NCBI GenBank assembly: GCA_002269645.1
Contig: NIVC01003511.1
Location: forward strand, 30,374 to 94,373
DNA length: 64,000 bases
DNA from: Macrostomum lignano
Taxonomy: Eukaryota
Direction of reading: 5' to 3'
Shown here in pieces: positions 62,177 to 64,000 of the stretch; position 1 is the first letter of the stretch, and every line of letters begins with the position of its first letter. The translations under genes and the position numbers were made by a program. The notes beneath the pieces are model-generated. The model was given only the letters and a program-made list of their open reading frames with translations, did no database searches and had not been told where the DNA came from.

Positions 62177-64000
62177 AGAATCGTCGCTTACATGCTACAT
62201 AGTTTATATAAAAAAGTATTTGCAAAGTCTTCCAATTGTTTGGGTTCAGCATCAAGTCTTTCATCCTGTTACTCATTTTACTAAGCGAGTATTCTAGTAC
62301 TATTATTCTATAGTCAACTAGAACCCGGTGTTTCAATTAATTTTTTAATTAATCTACAAAGCGAAAAAGAATAATGCTAGATCTACCTTAAATCTACTGT
62401 TGATTCCTGCTGAAGGCTACTATTGCTGGCTGAGTTACTGTTGGTAAGTGAATTTAAGTGTTATTGTTCTCTAATAGTACAATGGCTCTTGACGACAGTT
62501 TTTTGTCTAAATTACTTCGCCTTTGGCTGTAGGAATTTTCGTTACCACGCGCTGTTTTAAAGTACTTGTGCACTTTTTACCATTATACTAGAGGGACTAG
62601 AGATGAACGGATGGTCTGTCTGCAACGATGGTTGTGATGATTTAGTGGTTTAGAATCTGCTTTTTAGCGCGCAGTAGTACACATCGACAGTTCTTTAATT
62701 ATTATGTATTGAAATTCAGACAGGCAGTCATAAATCACTCATTTCTGTCTGTCTGCTGCTACCAAAATGCTCTAATACTGCTGGGCAGGCAAATTTGCGT
62801 ATAGCGTCTGCTAGTGCTTTGCTTCAACAGTTGAGTAAATTCTCCAAATTTTACGTTATCTTAAATTCCCAGAATTTTACATTCTCCGAATTTTACATTC
62901 TCCGAATTTTACATTTCATATACACAGATTAGAAAGAAGAGTCTAATAGAGTATAGTTTTCAAAGTAATAATTAATCAGCGAGTTGCAAGCGTACCGCAG
63001 TTTGCAGCCCTTTGATTATTCTATTCTAGCATTCGAATAGAGAACTGCTTTAGTCTCGCATGCATTGTGCTAATTACAGCAGCTGTTCTAGGCCTACCTT
63101 TTAGTCACGCCGTCTTTGCTCGTTAGTCCTATAGCTTGTTATTTCTAAGGGAAAACGTTGAAGTTCGTAGGATTTTTATTAGTACACGGTGTTCTTCATT
63201 TTTTAGAGATAATGACTGGAAAGGGCCGTTCTTTCAAACAAATTAATAAGACGAGCAGCTCTGTGTTATAACAATTAAGTTTTGAGTATTCCAGATTAAA
63301 TATTTAGGCTACGGACTACTAAAGTAGAAGGATGAGAAACAACGTTTCTTGTGATAATAATCTCCTGATAGGTTTATTGTTTTGACATATTAATATTCAT
63401 AGAGCCTTTTGTTAAAAGAAAATTGGATTTTATGTTTAAAACTGTGTGTAACAAAATGATAAAATAGATTCATAAAAACAAATGAGTCTAGTTGTGCACA
63501 AGGACCGCTAGAAATACGGCGATAACTTTTAGTGGTCTTTGGCGCAGCCATTTTTTGATTTTTAGGCAGACTAATATAATGAAAGGCAAGACATAAAATA
63601 TGAACATTGGGTCTGCCTCCTATAAACTAAAACCTCCTATCTCCGTGATGTATTTTTCGGTAAAACCTTGTAAAATTTTCAAAGAATCGTAGTTTTCCTA
63701 TCTTACTTAAGCAGTCCTTGATTTAGACATTTATGCTTTACTCGACAGAGTGTACTTTTTAGTTAAAAGAATAACCTTCATGCGCTCGAATTTTAACTGA
63801 AATGCTTCTAAAGCTTTTTAACTGTATAATTGCCTAGATTTTCTTATCTTACTTGTCTTACTTAGTGTTATACGAGTATGTAGCTTGTAGGTTAGGGTTC
63901 AAACTTCAGCGCTAAAGCCGGGTTAACATATTGTTGTTAAAAATTATATGGATAAGAGCCGGAATTAAATTGGAAATATATAAAATTAGATAGAATATTA

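Overview
Eukaryotic (animal) genomic DNA: spliceosomal introns, many minisatellites and nested transposons. The style resembles a free-living flatworm such as Macrostomum; this is an inference and was not verified. Host genes I can support: (1) a tandem pair of three-exon genes fusing about 8 ankyrin repeats to a STE11/MAP3K-like kinase; copy 1 (4700-7304) is intact at 670 aa, while copy 2 (14056-16730) has an N-myristoylation motif and a 16-bp frameshift; (2) a disrupted minus-strand gene with a PCIF1/CAPAM-like NPPF methyltransferase domain (about 18.2-21.6 kb); (3) a six-exon, highly divergent bestrophin (30830-36956); (4) a three-exon VKORC1 (39545-40498, minus); (5) a low-complexity three-exon gene model (60075-62176). 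Mobile DNA: decayed Maverick/Polinton capsid and integrase genes (1-1830), a LOA/R1-type LINE with an almost intact APE-RT-RNaseH ORF2 (43434-47913) plus a second fragment, a 5'-truncated I/Ingi-type LINE, RTE 3' fragments, tRNA-derived SINEs, a non-autonomous MULE with 191-bp TIRs and a 9-bp TSD, and more than 12 tandem arrays. I found no CRISPR array, rRNA or true tRNA gene. The best candidate for an undescribed system is the ankyrin-kinase pair: its differences cluster at the ankyrin positions randomised in DARPins and in the kinase activation loop, as expected for a diversifying sensor-kinase family. All homology calls come from manual motif reading, with no database search.
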